NCBI GenBank assembly: GCA_951406725.2
Contig: OX597814.1
Location: forward strand, 153,264,001 to 153,328,000
From: Octopus vulgaris
Taxonomy: Eukaryota
Reading direction: 5' to 3'
Length of the DNA stretch: 64,000 nt
The position numbers and the translations under genes were made by a program. Shown here piece by piece: positions 12,890 through 27,771 of the stretch. The notes under the pieces are model-generated. The model worked only from the letters and a program-made list of their open reading frames with translations. It searched no databases and was not told where the DNA came from. Numbering within the stretch: position 1 is the first letter of the stretch; every line of letters starts with the position of its first letter.

Positions 12890-13610
12890 AATGATTTCAA
12901 ATTTTGGCACAAGGCCAGCAATTTTGGGGGAAAGATCAGTGCTCAACTGGTAATTATTTATTTCTTTATTGCCCACAGGGGGCTAAACATAGAGGGAACA
13001 AACAAGGACAGACAAAGGGATTAAGTCGATAACATTGACCCCGAAAGGATGAAAAGCCAAGTTGACCTCGGCAGAATTTGAACTCAGAATGTAATGGCAG
13101 GTGAAATACCGCAAAGCATTTTGTCTAGCATGCTAACGATTCTGCCAGTTCGCTGCCCTGAAAACTGCTGCTTATTTTATTGACCCCAAAAGGATGAAAG
13201 GCAAAGTTGACCTCAGTAGAATTTGAACTCAGAACATGAAGACAGATGAAATACTGATATGCATTTCACCCGACATGCTAACGATTCTGCCAGCTTGAGA
13301 CTAATACTTTATTTCATCAATCCTCAAGGGATGAAAGGCAAAGTTAATCTCAGTGGGATTTGAAATCAGAATGTAAAGAACCAGAACAAATGCCACAAAG
13401 CATTTTATTGAAAGTTCTAACGATTATACCAGTTCACTGCATTTTCACAATGTAAAAGTTTCTGATTTAGGCACAAGGCCAGCATTTGTGAAGGAAGTGG
13501 GATTGTTGGTGCCAATTGATCTGCATTTTTGACTGGTATTTTATTTTAATGATTTCAGAGGAATAAAAGGCAAAGTTAATCACAGAGAGATTTCAACTCA
13601 AAATGTAAAA
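12890..13610 (-). mobile_element. Array/nest of 4-5 family-B tRNA-derived SINE units
   Basis: Repeated GGATGAAAGGCAAAGTTGACCTC..AGAATTTGAACTCAGAA (minus strand: B-box-like GAGTTCAAATTC plus GCCTTTCATCC central domain); starts about 40 bp from the last ZMYND19 acceptor. Confidence 0.88.
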
Positions 13611-14224
13611 AAAGAAATCACTGCCATGATGATGATGATGGTGGTGATAATGTTGACAACCAGTTCATTTTACACAACTAGTTAAGAATATTTATTGTGG
13701 ATCAATATCAACACAGTGGAGGACGGATGCAAGTGTAAAGGTGAAGTTAATGTTACACAGCAACCTTTCATATTCAGTATGACAGTCTGGATGTATAGCG
13801 GGACAGAAAGGGACAACTAGCCCTTTAGCATTCGGATTAGTCCCTAAAATGTAATGTTTGTTTATTCACATTAGTTTAAATTAATTATACATAACCTGAT
13901 AGAATTGGTTACTTTTAGAATGACATTGTAGAGTAGGTGTGAAAGACCTGATCTAGCTGGTTTGAACATAAGTCATCGATTTTAATTTAGATAAATCATT
14001 TGGAAATTAAGCAGAGATGTATCAGCTGAATGTACCTTCAACACCTATTTATAGCCAGTGTTAAGTGCTTTTCCACAAAACATCATTATGGCAGTAATTG
14101 GGCATGAACCATCAACCCTTCATTTGATATTTTAATGCCCTATAAACTCACTGAACAAGGACTATATATGTATGTGAATACATACACATATATACTCACA
14201 TACACATCTACATATACACTTATA

Positions 14225-14362
14225 TGATGGCCGTCCACTCGTGACTGAGGAAGACCATTGCCGACCTTCAGGAACATTGTGCGCTCTAGGACTAACTTAT
14301 ATTTTGCATTTGCAGCTCCGTTGGTGGCTAATGAGCCCTGCTCTTGACAAGCATGATACCAT
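14225..14362 (-). mobile_element. 3' end of a second RTE-like LINE family
   Basis: Minus strand reads CLSRAGLISHQRSCKCKI*, matching the C..SR.GL.SH.R.C zinc-finger terminus of many RTE ORFs, followed by a short 3' UTR. Confidence 0.65.
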
Positions 14363-14567
14363 ACACTTATATACATACATATCTACACACACACGCTGAA
14401 TCACCCTGAGAACTACATTAAGGGTACATGTGTCTGTGGAGCATTCATTGTGCATTAATTTCATGAGCAAGTTTTTCCACTGACTGGATCAACTGGAATG
14501 CTTGCTATCGTAACTGATGGAGTGTCAGTATAAAACTTATTTTGTGAATATAATTTATTTTTACACA

Positions 14568-14760
14568 GGTGCAGGAGTGGGGCTGTCTGGTAAGTAGCTT
14601 GCTTACCAACCACAAGGTTCCGGGTTCATCCCACTGCATGGCACCTTGGGCAAGTATCTTCTACAATAGCCTCAGGCCGACTAAAGCCTTGTGAGCAGAT
14701 GGAAACTGAAAGAAGCACGTCAAATATATATATATATATATACATACATACATATATATA
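14568..14760 (+). mobile_element. Family-A tRNA-derived SINE (5' half) with CORE-like motif
   Basis: A-box-like GGCTGTCTGGTAAG, B-box-like GGGTTCATCCC, CORE-like CACCTTGGGCAAGT; its (TA)n tract is interrupted by an RTE insertion. Confidence 0.85.
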
Positions 14761-14761
14761 T

Positions 14762-15455
14762 ATCATCATCGTTTAACGTCTGTTTTCCATGCTAGCATGG
14801 GGTGGACGGTTCGACCGGGGTCTGGGAAGCCAGGAGGCTGCACCAGGCTCCAGTCTGATCTGGCAGTGTTTCTACAGCTGGATGCCCTTCCTAACGTCAA
14901 CCACTCCATGAGTGTAGTGGGTGCTTTTTACGAGCCACTGGTGCTGGTGCTTTTTATGTACCTCCGGCAAGGAAGCCAGTCAAGGCGGCGCTGGCATCGG
15001 CCATGTCTGGATGGTGCTTTTTACATGCCACTGGCTTGGGTATCACAACTACAATTTCCATTTAATTTTTATTTTGATGTTGATGTACTTGACTCAATAG
15101 GTCTTCTCAAGCACAGCAGATCACCCTATTAGCCAAGGTAATTTTGAATGGGCTGGGGCTGGTTATGCCAAACTGATGTAGGATACAGCCGTGAACTCAC
15201 TTTATTTGCCGGGTCTTTGCAGTCACAGCATATCTCCAGAGGTCTCGGTCTTTTGCCAATGCCTCTGTGAGGCCCAACATTCGCAGGTCATGCTTGACCA
15301 CCTCATCCCATGTCTTCCTGGGTCTACCTCTACCCCGGATTCCTTCAACTGTTTGGGAGTGGCACTTCTTCACACATCTCTCCTCATCCATCCATAGTAC
15401 ATGACCATACTAGCGCAAATGTCACTCTTGCATGCCACATCCGATGCTTCTTACA
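14762..15455 (-). mobile_element. RTE-clade LINE 3' fragment
   Basis: ORF 15197..15391 MDEERCVKKCHSQTVEGIRGRGRPRKTWDEVVKHDLRMLGLTEALAKDRDLWR carries the RGRPRKTW...DR..WR RTE signature; 3' UTR and (GAT)n tail run down to 14762. Confidence 0.92.
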
Positions 15456-15769
15456 CTGGCATCCATCTCCCATCAAGTAGATAATAATCCACAGTATTCT
15501 CATATTGTTGTGTAAAATGAACTTTTCCTCATCATCATCATAAGAAGAAAGAAGAAAAAAAGGAGGAAGGAAGGAAGAAGAGGGCAGCGAATTGGTGGAA
15601 TTGTTTGAGTATCAAACAACTATCTTATTTCTTCAGACTTTTTACATTTTGAGTTCAAATCCCTCAGTGGTTAACTTTTCCTTTCATTCTTCTGGATGTT
15701 AAAATAAAATTCCAAATACACAAATCAATGGTCTCAGCAAACACCCCTTCCTTCTTTAACCGCTACTTA

Positions 15770-17305
<1,536 letters not shown>

Positions 17306-18009
17306 TATAGAGTTACCAACATTAAAAACTGTTCATGATTTTCAGTTAATTTTGAAAATGATTAACAATTTGGCAGAATTTATTAAATTTACTTTCATAA
17401 TTAAATTATTGTTTGGAGCATGATAAAAGACTCTTACATATTTTTTTTTCAATCTTTTAGTCAGTTAGAAAGGCAGTTCCCATGGCTTTTTACAGGGTCT
17501 TTGAGATTGGTGGGAGGGAGGGTGATATTCTTAAACTGGAGGCTTGGTCTAAATGCTTCCAACAGAGTGGTCTCCACTAAACCCACCCAAGGTGGTTAGG
17601 TGGTGGTGTTGTTAAACCAGGTGATGGATTAAGTCTTAAGTCTATTGTGTACGTAAGCCATGGCATGATTTGAACTTAGAACACAAAGAAAAGGAACAAA
17701 TACCACCAAACATCTGGTCTGATACAACTACAATTCCACCAACCTGTTATCCTAGATTGATATAATTTTATTTCCCCTGACATGACAAAAGGTGAAGTTG
17801 AACTTGGAACTCAGTGGGCTGGAACAAACACCACAGGTATTACTAGCTGATATTCTAACAACTCTGACAACCTGTCTATAAAATTATAATAGGCTTTCAT
17901 TTAGGAATGACCATCTGATTTCCCTTGCTGACCACTCAGATTTTACTTAAATTAAAAAAAAAAAAGTTTTCTTCTTTCAGATGTATTTTCTACAAGGTAT
18001 TTCTATCTT

Positions 18010-18368
18010 TTCATTTATTTCAGTTATTGAACTGTGGCCATTCTGGGGCATCACTTTGAAGGGTTTTACTTTAATAAATCAACTGTAGTACTTATTTTTA
18101 AAGTCTCATACTTATTCTATTGGTCTCTTTTTACTAAAGTTACAAGGATGTAAACAAACCAACACCAGTTGCCAAGTAGTGGCTGCGAAACAAACATAAG
18201 AACAGATATACACACAAATAGATATAAATGATGGGCTTTCACACAGTTTCTGTCTACCGAATCCACTCACAAAGCATTGGTCAACCCAGGGTTATAGTAA
18301 AAAGCACTTGCTAAAGGTGCTGTGCAGTGAGACTGAACCCGAGACCATGTAGTTGCAAAACAAGCCAC
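18010..18368 (-). mobile_element. Family-A SINE, near full length
   Basis: Reverse complement of the 41923-42318 family, from tail TTTCAGTTATTGAACTGTGGCC to head GACTGAACCC..ACCATGT. Confidence 0.85.
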
Positions 18369-21364
18369 AATTATCTATTTACAGGGTTCATATTTAATAA
18401 TTTCTCAGCATATTTTAGGATTGAAATAAAACAAGCTTATAAGATTAAATATGTATCATCACTGCTTCAAATCTTGAACAACTTATATTGAAAAAAAATT
18501 ACTTCTGGTAGTATAAGATTGGAACTGAATCATCAGCTTTTAGCTTGTAGCTGTATGAATGTGCTACAAAAATCTTTTGTTAGCATCACTGGTGTGTAGT
18601 GCATGTAATTAACATCAATATCCAGAATCAAATCAAGAAGAAAGCGGCTTGGATCAATACGACAGCCTGAGAAACAGCCCAAGTCTATTGAACCAAACTG
18701 GTTTTTATTTTACTAAGTTATTTGATATTTTCATACACAAACCAACTTGGAACTTGCTTCTAATGAATCCTTTGCTACTAAATTAGGTCATTAGTATTTC
18801 AAAAAATGCTAGAAAAATTGATCCTCATTCAAAGATAACTTAGACTGTTTCAACAGAAGAAAGACATATGGATTCTCTTAAACTGAAATTCAAATTATCA
18901 GACTGATGATAAGAAATGATTATATACTAATGCTCAGCAATGAATTAACGATGAAATGCTTACACACACAGGAGCTGGCATGAAGGCGTATGTCCCACAT
19001 TAGCCTAAACTGAATAAATTCAACAACAGACAGGATTTAGCTTATCTAAGAAACATTTAATTATAATAGATATTGTTTTTTTCTCTTCCTATGATTAAGT
19101 GTTCCTTGAATAAGAACTCTGTCTAAAAAAACTTCGGGAAAATATTTATTGCCAGTAGCTTCCAAGTGGCAAATTAGATTTTAATATTTTGCATACGTAC
19201 ACACTGCAACTTTGCTCTGCTTTCTCTCTCTCATACATACATGTACACACACACACACACACATACAAACAAGTAAACCTTCAGGCTGCAGTCTCTTAAA
19301 GTGTCAGTCATCAAAATATCAGAACTCTCATAAACATTGTAGAAATTCCTTCATAGAGAAACAGGAATGTTTGGAGAAAAACTTTACACTATACTGATAG
19401 TTTGATATAAATATTTAGATACCACGTAAGTTTTCCCATTGCTTGTGCTTTATTTGATAGACTAGTAGATCTGCAATGCAACAACTCTTAGCATAAATCT
19501 TAATCTTGCACTCCAAGAAGGTCTGACCTAACTTACCATCAGTAATTCAGGTTTTCTTTTTATTATTTATTTTTAATCCCAAAATCATCTAATCTCCATC
19601 ACATTTTATTAGCCAAGCTGTAAATCTGCATACATTGGCCAATGTCTTTGAATACAAACTGCTTTATCAAATTACTAATAGCTTTTCTACTAAGTTGAGA
19701 CCTAATGAGTAATGTTCAACTGATTCCTCTCCATTTGTTGCTGATTTTCAAGTATACAGTGCTCTGAGTTCAAATCCTACCAAGGTCAACTTTGCATTAA
19801 TCTTGTTAAGATGATAAATAAACTACTAGTGCAAGGTGTTGGATTGGCAGAATTACTAGTGTTAGATATGGTGCCTTGTGGTATCTATTCTGACTGTCCT
19901 TCTTTAGTTCAAAATCCCACCATTAACCACCATTTTAGTGAAGTAACTTCTTTCCAAGAGGACTAACAAAAGCCAAAGGTTAAAAGAAGAAACATGAAAA
20001 ACACAGTTTGTGTCCTTATTGAGTAGAGACAATCTAAGGGCACAAAGAGCTCAATAGATAAAGCTATACAACATTGCAGATTACTTGAAATACCAAGGCT
20101 CTACATAACTGACTGCAACAAACAAATTCTTTTTCAGATTATGTCTTACACTTAAAAAAAAAATAAATAAAAGGGGAACATTGGTTAGTGTAGACCTAAA
20201 TACACTACATATATATAAAAAAAGACAGGATGGCCGTAGTTCTCCTCAATCTAGGCTAAACAGCAATGACAACACTAATCTGAAAGTGCATGGTCTTTTT
20301 TGCATAGAGACAAGCCTATTCTTGAACAATTCCTTAAATAACCCCCATATGAATTAAACTAACTCTAGTTTTACCAAAGTGAATTACTGCTGGACACAGT
20401 AGTGTATTTACTTCTAGTAATGATCCTGAGGTATTCATCCATACCTAGCTTTCTCACTGTTCACTACTAAAGTACGGAACTGGAGTGTGTAAAGTGTCTC
20501 TATGCACTTGTTTGACTTTTTTGAAACTGCAAATTCTCATCAAATCAAAACTTACCATCTTAAAAAAAATTTTTTTTAAATGAGAGACTGTTTGTCTGAT
20601 AGAATGAATTTCTAATGTAAATGTCTGCTTTAGATAAAGAAGTGTCTGTAACTTGGTAGACTTTATTTAAAAAGCACTGAATTTCCATTGATGTTAGCAT
20701 CCTTTGCCAACAGACATAAGCATATGCACACACCCACACCCACATGTGTATGTATAAATATATACACATCCATTATATGAAGGGTTATATGGTGCACTTA
20801 TTTACAAAATTGTCTCAGAAAAACAATTTGCCTCTTAATAAAACAAGGTCAGTGTTATTGGCAAGTTGTAGCTCAAGAATGAGCCTGCCAAAAATTAAAG
20901 TGTGTCTTATAAGCTTGTGCACTTTGTAAAGCATCAAATGCAGTATGAACACACACAAAGACCTCATTATTTCATATCCATTTTTTCACGTGTGTGTGTG
21001 TGTGTACATGACATGCAATCACACAATTTTCATTGACCAAAAATTCACCCACAAGATATTGGTCAAGGCAAGAGTAAAGTAGAAGACACTTTCCCAAAGT
21101 ACCACAGAGTGAGAGTGAACCTACAAGATGTAGTAAATAACTAAGCTAAACTTGCACCCTTATAATCACAGGTCTTCATAACCAAGGCTAACATGGTGAG
21201 GATAAACAACAACTCAATTAAATCCTAAAATTTGCTATAAATGCAAGTTCCATTACATAAGCCTTGTCATATTCTGTGTGAGGCTGAATCTTCCTGAGAA
21301 CTATGTTAATGTTATGCATGTCTGTGGAGTACTCAGCCATTTGTGAGTTAATTTTATTCTCATG

Positions 21365-21960
21365 TGGTAATGAAAAGTGAAATTGACAGCCAATATTTGC
21401 TGTGTCTATGTATGAATTGTCTCTTTCTCACTTTCTCTTTCACTTCCTTTTTGTACCTCTTCTCTCCTGCTTTTGATTTAACAATGTGTATTAATATCTA
21501 TGTATCTACTTCTCTTGTGATGTGATAAACATTTAAAAACACAAAATAGATGCCGTAATCACTCACTGTCTTTTTCACTCTCTTTCTCTCTTACTTCCTC
21601 TCTGCAACACTTAAAAACACAAAACAAATGCTGTCAGCACTCACTGTTTCTTTTACTATCTCTCTTTCTCTCTTACTTCTCTTTTGCTTTGTCACTTCTT
21701 TGAAGTGTGACGCACACAACAGGTACGTACAAAAACAAAAAGTTAGCGTATTAATATTATTGATAATAATAATAATAACAGCAAAAAAACCTTATGAATG
21801 AGAACCCAGATTCGAAATTTCCCCAAGACACCTGATGAAGGTTGGAGGGTATATCAGCCAAAACGTATTAACAACAAACAAGATGAGGACAAATATCCGT
21901 CGAATGTAAATAATGTAGATAATGCACATAATTCCTTATCCTTTAAATATAGAACTGAAC
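21365..21960 (+). mobile_element. Repeat with hammerhead-like core, probable Penelope-like terminal repeat or retrozyme remnant
   Basis: CTGATGA at 21832-21838, stem GGTTG/CAGCC, then AAAACGT; CpG-retaining island with an internal duplication of about 78 bp (21536-21680). Boundaries approximate. Confidence 0.55.
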
Positions 21961-22019
21961 AACCTAAACTAAACAATAGTTGAATCAACTTCATGAGTTA
22001 AGATTCAGTGATAGAGATT

Positions 22020-22185
22020 CTACATGCTGCTAGAAATAGCAGCAAAATCTCCCCTCAAAACACACTACTGTCTTAAAATAAGAAAAGACATGTTGGATAA
22101 TGTGATCTCGGACACTCCCAAAACAGTTGAATAGCCATGAGTGGATTGCCTTTGATAATAAATCTACTTAATCAGGGATCACCTG
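22020..22185. repeat. Old unclassified interspersed repeat (representative copy)
   Basis: Motifs CTGCTAGAAATAGCAGCMAAATCTCCCTCAAA.CACAC and TGCCTTTGATCATAGGTCT recur near 20100, 23060, 36530, 38100, 38820, 49650/50300, 54150, 57700, 59480 and 63140. Confidence 0.7.
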
Positions 22186-22399
22186 GTACCTCATTACTGT
22201 AAATGGCCAGCAAAGGCCATGAGTGCTGCTCCTGCCAATGATATACAACTGAGCTTTAGTTGTATGAGTCTTTCAAATCCTACATTATCATAGAAATATT
22301 ATTAAGGTTTCATGTTGAAAACAACTCAATAAAAATTTACACCAAGTTTTATGTATTTCCATATTAACAAAAATATACAGTGTAGGTAAAAGTCATTAT

Positions 22400-22620
22400 T
22401 TATACACACATACACACAGTCATTCACTGAGACAGAACACTCAGTCAGGCAGACAGACACTTACAGAGTCAGACAGACAGAGACACTTACACAATCAAGC
22501 AGACAAACACATACAGTCAGGCAGACAGACACTCAGGTAGATAGACAAGCACTCACATTGTCTGGCAGATGCTCACTCACACACTGACTCATTCATTCAC
22601 TCACAGATGTATATTCTCAC
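22400..22620. repeat. Compound (CAGA)n/(CA)n/(CACT)n low-complexity tract
   Basis: Direct reading; lies about 90 bp past the donor of the 64-nt exon. Confidence 0.8.
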
Positions 22621-22707
22621 TCACTTTCACAGAAGACAGGATATAAACAAGATACAGTAAGGAAGAGAATAATTGTATTAACTTACAGTTCATATGGTGA
22701 CCCTTAC

Positions 22708-22771
22708 CTTCATCTTCAACAATCTCACCATTAGAGTTATAATATTTGCTATAAATGGGTTCAGGAAAATG
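22708..22771 (-). CDS. ZMYND19: ZMYND19 coding exon (64 nt, phase 0 to 1)
   Basis: ttgcag|CAT TTT...GAA G|gtaagg; HFPEPIYSKYYNSNGEIVEDE, similar to the recalled vertebrate [21 protein letters not shown]; phases fit both neighbours. Confidence 0.93.
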
Positions 22772-23837
22772 CTGCAAGTAGAAACAAAGGAAATAATAAG
22801 TACCTGTGCCTAGGAATGGACTTCAGGTTTGGAGTAATGCAATAACCTGTCTGATAAGACTCGGGGCTATTAAAGCATCCAACAAAATCAATGATTCTAT
22901 ATTTTACTGAATTAATCTTATTGAATATTTATTGAAGCTCAACACAGAAGGAGAAAATATTGAAGAAATAATTCTGATGCTAATGAAATAGTAAATGCAG
23001 GATTATTTTCTGATGATGTAGGTACAATGCTTGTTGGTTGTAAAGTAAAAATTGGGAACTTGACTGGCTAGAAATATCAGCCAAATCGCAAATCACACCC
23101 TATCATTTAAAGAAGTGGACACATTGGATAAAAATAGATTGTCAAAACTGGAATATAATTAATCAGGGGTTTGGTGGATCAGTGATAATCTTATGTTGAA
23201 CAATGACACTAAGAGAGATACTAGCAAAGATAAAAAGTGAAAGTGGTTAGGGTGTTGCACTGATGATTGCAAGATCATGGTTTCAATTTCTTCAGTGGGC
23301 AATGCATTGTGTTCTTGAACAAAACACTTCATTTCGTGTTGCTTCAGTTCACTCAGCTGGCAAAAATGTGTAACCTTGTGACAGACTGATGTCCCATTCA
23401 GTGGAAGTGTTGTGATCTTGGTCACTAATGCCATGGAAACCAGAAACCAACACAATCAATCCTAGGTGTCAGTAATATCCAGGAGTTGATGATGGTGATG
23501 AAGATGTAAAAAAAGAAAGCTAGTTGCAGAATAAATAAAAGACTGAGATATAATGAAATCCAAACAAATAAATAAACCTTCATGTGAGGTATGAAAACTT
23601 TTTCTAGCCGCAGGCTTTATGAGAGATTGCTTGCTATAAATCATGTCATACCACTAAAATAATAATTTAACATCTCATGTAGTATGGAATATACCATGAT
23701 ATATAAACACTAAGCCAAACATAAAAATTTAATCAAGAGAAAGTGTAAGAGAACGAGAGAGAAAGAAATTGTTTAAATTAAGAGAGAAATTAAGAAGAAA
23801 TTGTTTAAATTAAGAGAGGCCTAAAAATTATTTTTTA

Positions 23838-24155
23838 CTTGTTTCATTCATTTAACTGCGGCCATACTGGGGCATCACCTTGAAGAATTTTTAGTTGAAT
23901 AAACTGACCCAATTACTCATTTTTAAAGCCTGGTACTTATTCTATCAGTCTCTTTTGCTAAACCATTTAATTATGGCGATGTAAACACACCCACTACTAG
24001 CTTCTTTTAGTTTCCACCAACCAAATCCACTCACAAGGATTTGGTTGGCCAGAGGTTATAGAAGAAGATACATGCCCGAGGTGTCATGCAGTAGGTCTGA
24101 ACCTGGAACTATGTGGTTGGGAAGTAAACTTCTTACCATATAGCCACACCTGCAC
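23838..24155 (-). mobile_element. Family-A SINE
   Basis: Head ...TAGCCACACCTGCACC at about 24155; tail TTGTTTCATTCATTTAACTGCGGCC. Confidence 0.85.
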
Positions 24156-24389
24156 CTGTGTGCTTGTAACCAGGTGTTGTTTATCAAGTGAATTCTTTAC
24201 CAACACATTTATTACTCGTGTCTTATGGTTGCAAACTTGAGAATGAAAGAGGAAAGCTCTTGAAATTTTGCCACTAACCGCCTCTGTTGTGGTTGTTGCC
24301 ACCGCTGCCGCCACTTCCTCCTCCACAATAACATTAATGACAATAAAAATGATTTACTTTATTTTAATAATCCTTGATCTCTCATTTAT

Positions 24390-24727
24390 CTTTTACTTGT
24401 TTCAGTCATTATACTGCAGCCATGCTGGGACACTGCCTTGAAGGTTTTAGCTGAACAAATCGACCCCAAGCTTGGCACTTATTGTATTGGTCTCTTTTGC
24501 CAAACCGCTGAGATACAGGGATGCAAACAAACCAACACCAGTTGTCAAGCGGTGGTGGAGGACAAACACACTCACATAAATACAAGCTTCCATAGTTACC
24601 ATTTGCCAAATTCATTCAGAATGAATTAGTCGGCCAAGGGCTATAATAGAAGAGATTTGCTCAAGGTGCCATGCAGTGAGACTGAACCCAAAACCATGTG
24701 GTTCCAAAGTAAGCTTCTTAACCACAC
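24390..24727 (-). mobile_element. Family-A SINE
   Basis: Tail TTACTTGTTTCAGTCATT..GCAGCCATGCTGG through head GACTGAACCCAAAACCATGTGG..CTTCTTAACCACAC. Confidence 0.85.
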
Positions 24728-26827
24728 GACCCAATATTGTTCAGGCAGTTTCCAAATGTAACAAGGAAATAAGTATATAAATCAAATGAAAACAGTTGTG
24801 GATGAACAGAAAAGTGTTTATAAGTTTGAAAAATCTAACTTAAGCCAACGTATTAATCTCAAGCAGGAAGTGAGAATACACAGAAGGGAAACATAAATTT
24901 GCAGAGGCTAGCTATACATATTGTCATGTGGGACTCTATTAATAATATAAGCAACAATCCTCTATAATTATCTGTCACCCCATTTTATAGTTTATTTAAG
25001 CTCATCTTAGTAGGAAATTGAAGTAAATCTTACAGTAGCTAGTTATTTTACTTGGCTCTGAAATACATGGAATTATAGAAAAGCACTAATGACTAATTGA
25101 CTGCTTCTTGAGTCATTGATTCTTTTTTCTTCTAATAATATATTTTGTTTTACAGGTTGGATTTAGGTGTTTATAATATTTGGTCAGATTGCTAATTATT
25201 AACAATTTCGTCAGACTAATAATTTAGCACACTGCTCACGAAAAGCTGAATATCTAAATATATATAAATATAAAATATATAGTATGTTATAAAGAAAAAA
25301 ATTGAATCTGAGGAAAGTTATGGTTTTGCTATGAAAAATAGTAATTGGGGATAATTAAGGATTTTTTATAACATATGCAATGACATTATTCATGTCAGAA
25401 TCAGTAAAACAGAAAATTTATCACCTTTGCTATAAAGTCACAACCAACTGCTATAGCAAATACATTTGAAAATACGTTTTTAACGCTGTTAGAGTTGGAC
25501 AACTGGTTTAGCATATAAAGATAGAAAGATGTTCTATGTGCAGCATGGTAGTGACCTTAAAAACTAGGAGATTAAGAATACTAAAATAGAATCAAAATAC
25601 TTTCTCAGACTCTTTCAGTTTGATAATAAATAACATTTCAAAAATCCTTCTGCTTTTATTCAAATAAAAGCCAAACACAAAGCAGCTGGCTTTCACGTTT
25701 GAGAAGGTAAAACGTTGACTCAAAAAAAAAAAACACTAATAGACTGCATTAAAAACAATTTTAAAGTTAAGTTACTTTATAATTTTAAGCAAACAGACCC
25801 AATATCCCAAGTTAATACTTTTAATAGAGTTGATATAAATTGCAGGTTACAGTGGTAATTTTAGTGAAAAAAGAGTGCTGTGCACTTACGACTTACTTGC
25901 ATCAGAGCACTGATTGATTAAAATAGGACATCATGTAAAGTTTAAGAGTTTAAAGCAATGTTTTCATTTTGGTTATTGGAACAAATACATTGAAATTTTC
26001 ATCAAAAGCTGAAGTGCAGTAATCTCAGCAAGATTACAAAATTGTTATTTTTTGGCTTAGAATTTCAGAGATAATGATTTTGAAAACTTTAAAAATAAGC
26101 AAAATCTGATGTAGTAATAGATTAACTTCCTTTAGAAATACACAAATTCGAATCAAACACAATAGGAGTTAATGATGTTGTAAAAACACTTTGAAAGAGG
26201 ACTAGGAGAATTTTTTTTTTTTTTTTTTGACAATTTGTTTATTCAGATTTACATCAATCACTGTAAGCTAACAACTAATTATTCACCAAATGTTAACTTC
26301 TGCAAAGCTATTAAGCACAAAGTATATTTATCAAACTCCCACTGCTTCTATTTTTGATGCTAATATCCCAAGAGATAAACTGAACCGCTTCATAACAAAG
26401 TGACAAAGTGGTTCATTTTATAACCTGCTCAAAACAAGTTCTATGTTTCTAATGAGACAGTTACATGAAAATTATTTGCATATCTTTTTGTCTAAATGAC
26501 AACATAATATCAAAGAGAAAATAATTCTTTAAATTAGTATGTCATAAATCCTATTTATCCATTTATCTAAGTAAGCTTGCTCAGACATGACCTCAACAAT
26601 AATTACTTAACCAAATTTAAACACTCTTCTTTATACTACTGCTGCTTCTTTCAAATATCCTTTCTGCTAAAGCTCTCATATATAACCTACTGACTCACCT
26701 CTTTTATGCTGTTTGTCATAGATATTGAACTGAACAAATATTTATTGCTGCTAATAAAGCTTTACATATTTCAGGGACCATTAGTATATTAGCAGGATAT
26801 TTACACACATAAGAAAAAAAAAATTAC

Positions 26828-27032
26828 CTCTTCAATAGGATCATGTTGAAGTTGCTGTACAGCAATCCAATAGAGTGACTGTTCTCGGTTGGCTTTATTG
26901 GACGGCTCATCCAGTGGGTATGTTGAACTGGATTCCATGACTAGGGCCAAATTATCCAACCGGTTATCTACAGTGACACCATTTTTATGGATTACTTTCC
27001 AAAGTGGAGCAATCCCACCGCAATGTTTTTCC
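26828..27032 (-). CDS. ZMYND19: ZMYND19 coding exon with HNH-like segment (205 nt, phase 2 to 0)
   Basis: ttttccag|G GAA AAA...GAA GAG|gtaatt; [31 protein letters not shown]...[20 protein letters not shown] inside ORF 26801..27076; the first G completes TGG from the previous exon. Confidence 0.96.
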
Positions 27033-27550
27033 CTGGAAAACAAGTAAATTTGAAAAATAAAACAATTACCAAACACAAACTGAAATTCCTTATCTAATAA
27101 CCAACTAAATTTTACTTCAAATTTTACAATTCACGAAGTGTTTATCTAACGCTATTTTATTTCTCTGCACACCACAAGTTTTTGACAAGATTTTGTATAA
27201 TCCAATTATTTTAGGTGTATATGAAATGGCTTCTAAACTGCTAAGTTTAAGTAATACAATTCACAACACTCTAAAGAAACTGCAGATAAAAGTTTACAAT
27301 AATCTTAACATAAAATGAAACCCTTCTCTTACAAGTTTTTTAGGTAAACAATACAAATCCCCATTAATAAACAGAAATGTTATTGAAAAAAAAAATTGAC
27401 TTAAAGACTGGAGATGTCAAGCTACAAACATACTATCACCATGAAGTTTTGGTATTTATTTTTCACACATAGTTTGACCGAGCATGATTATATTTATTCT
27501 TTTACATGTTTCAGTCATTTGACTGTGGCCATGCTGGAGTGCCACCTTAA

Positions 27551-27771
27551 CCCTTTCGTTACCGTATTTCTGTTGAGATGCTCTGTGTTTCTTTCAATTA
27601 CTTTAAATATAACAAAGAATTTAATAAAATAACTTAGTTATCATTCAGCTAGTGTTAGGAACATAAATTGTGACTAAGGTTTGGTGGAAGATTTTAATTC
27701 AAAACTTATGAAAACAAGACATTTGTACTACAGAGCCAGAGCCGATTCCAAATGGGTTGGTAACGAAAGAG
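27551..27771. mobile_element. piggyBac-type MITE (221 bp) nested in a family-A SINE tail
   Basis: TTAA|CCCTTTCGTTACC ... GGTAACGAAAGAG|TTAA; host SINE tail continues on both sides; close copy at 63277-63495. Confidence 0.92.

Noticed and set aside
14568-14645. tRNA-like A and B boxes
   Set aside because: These are SINE heads that continue into SINE bodies; no cloverleaf evident, so no tRNA gene is called.
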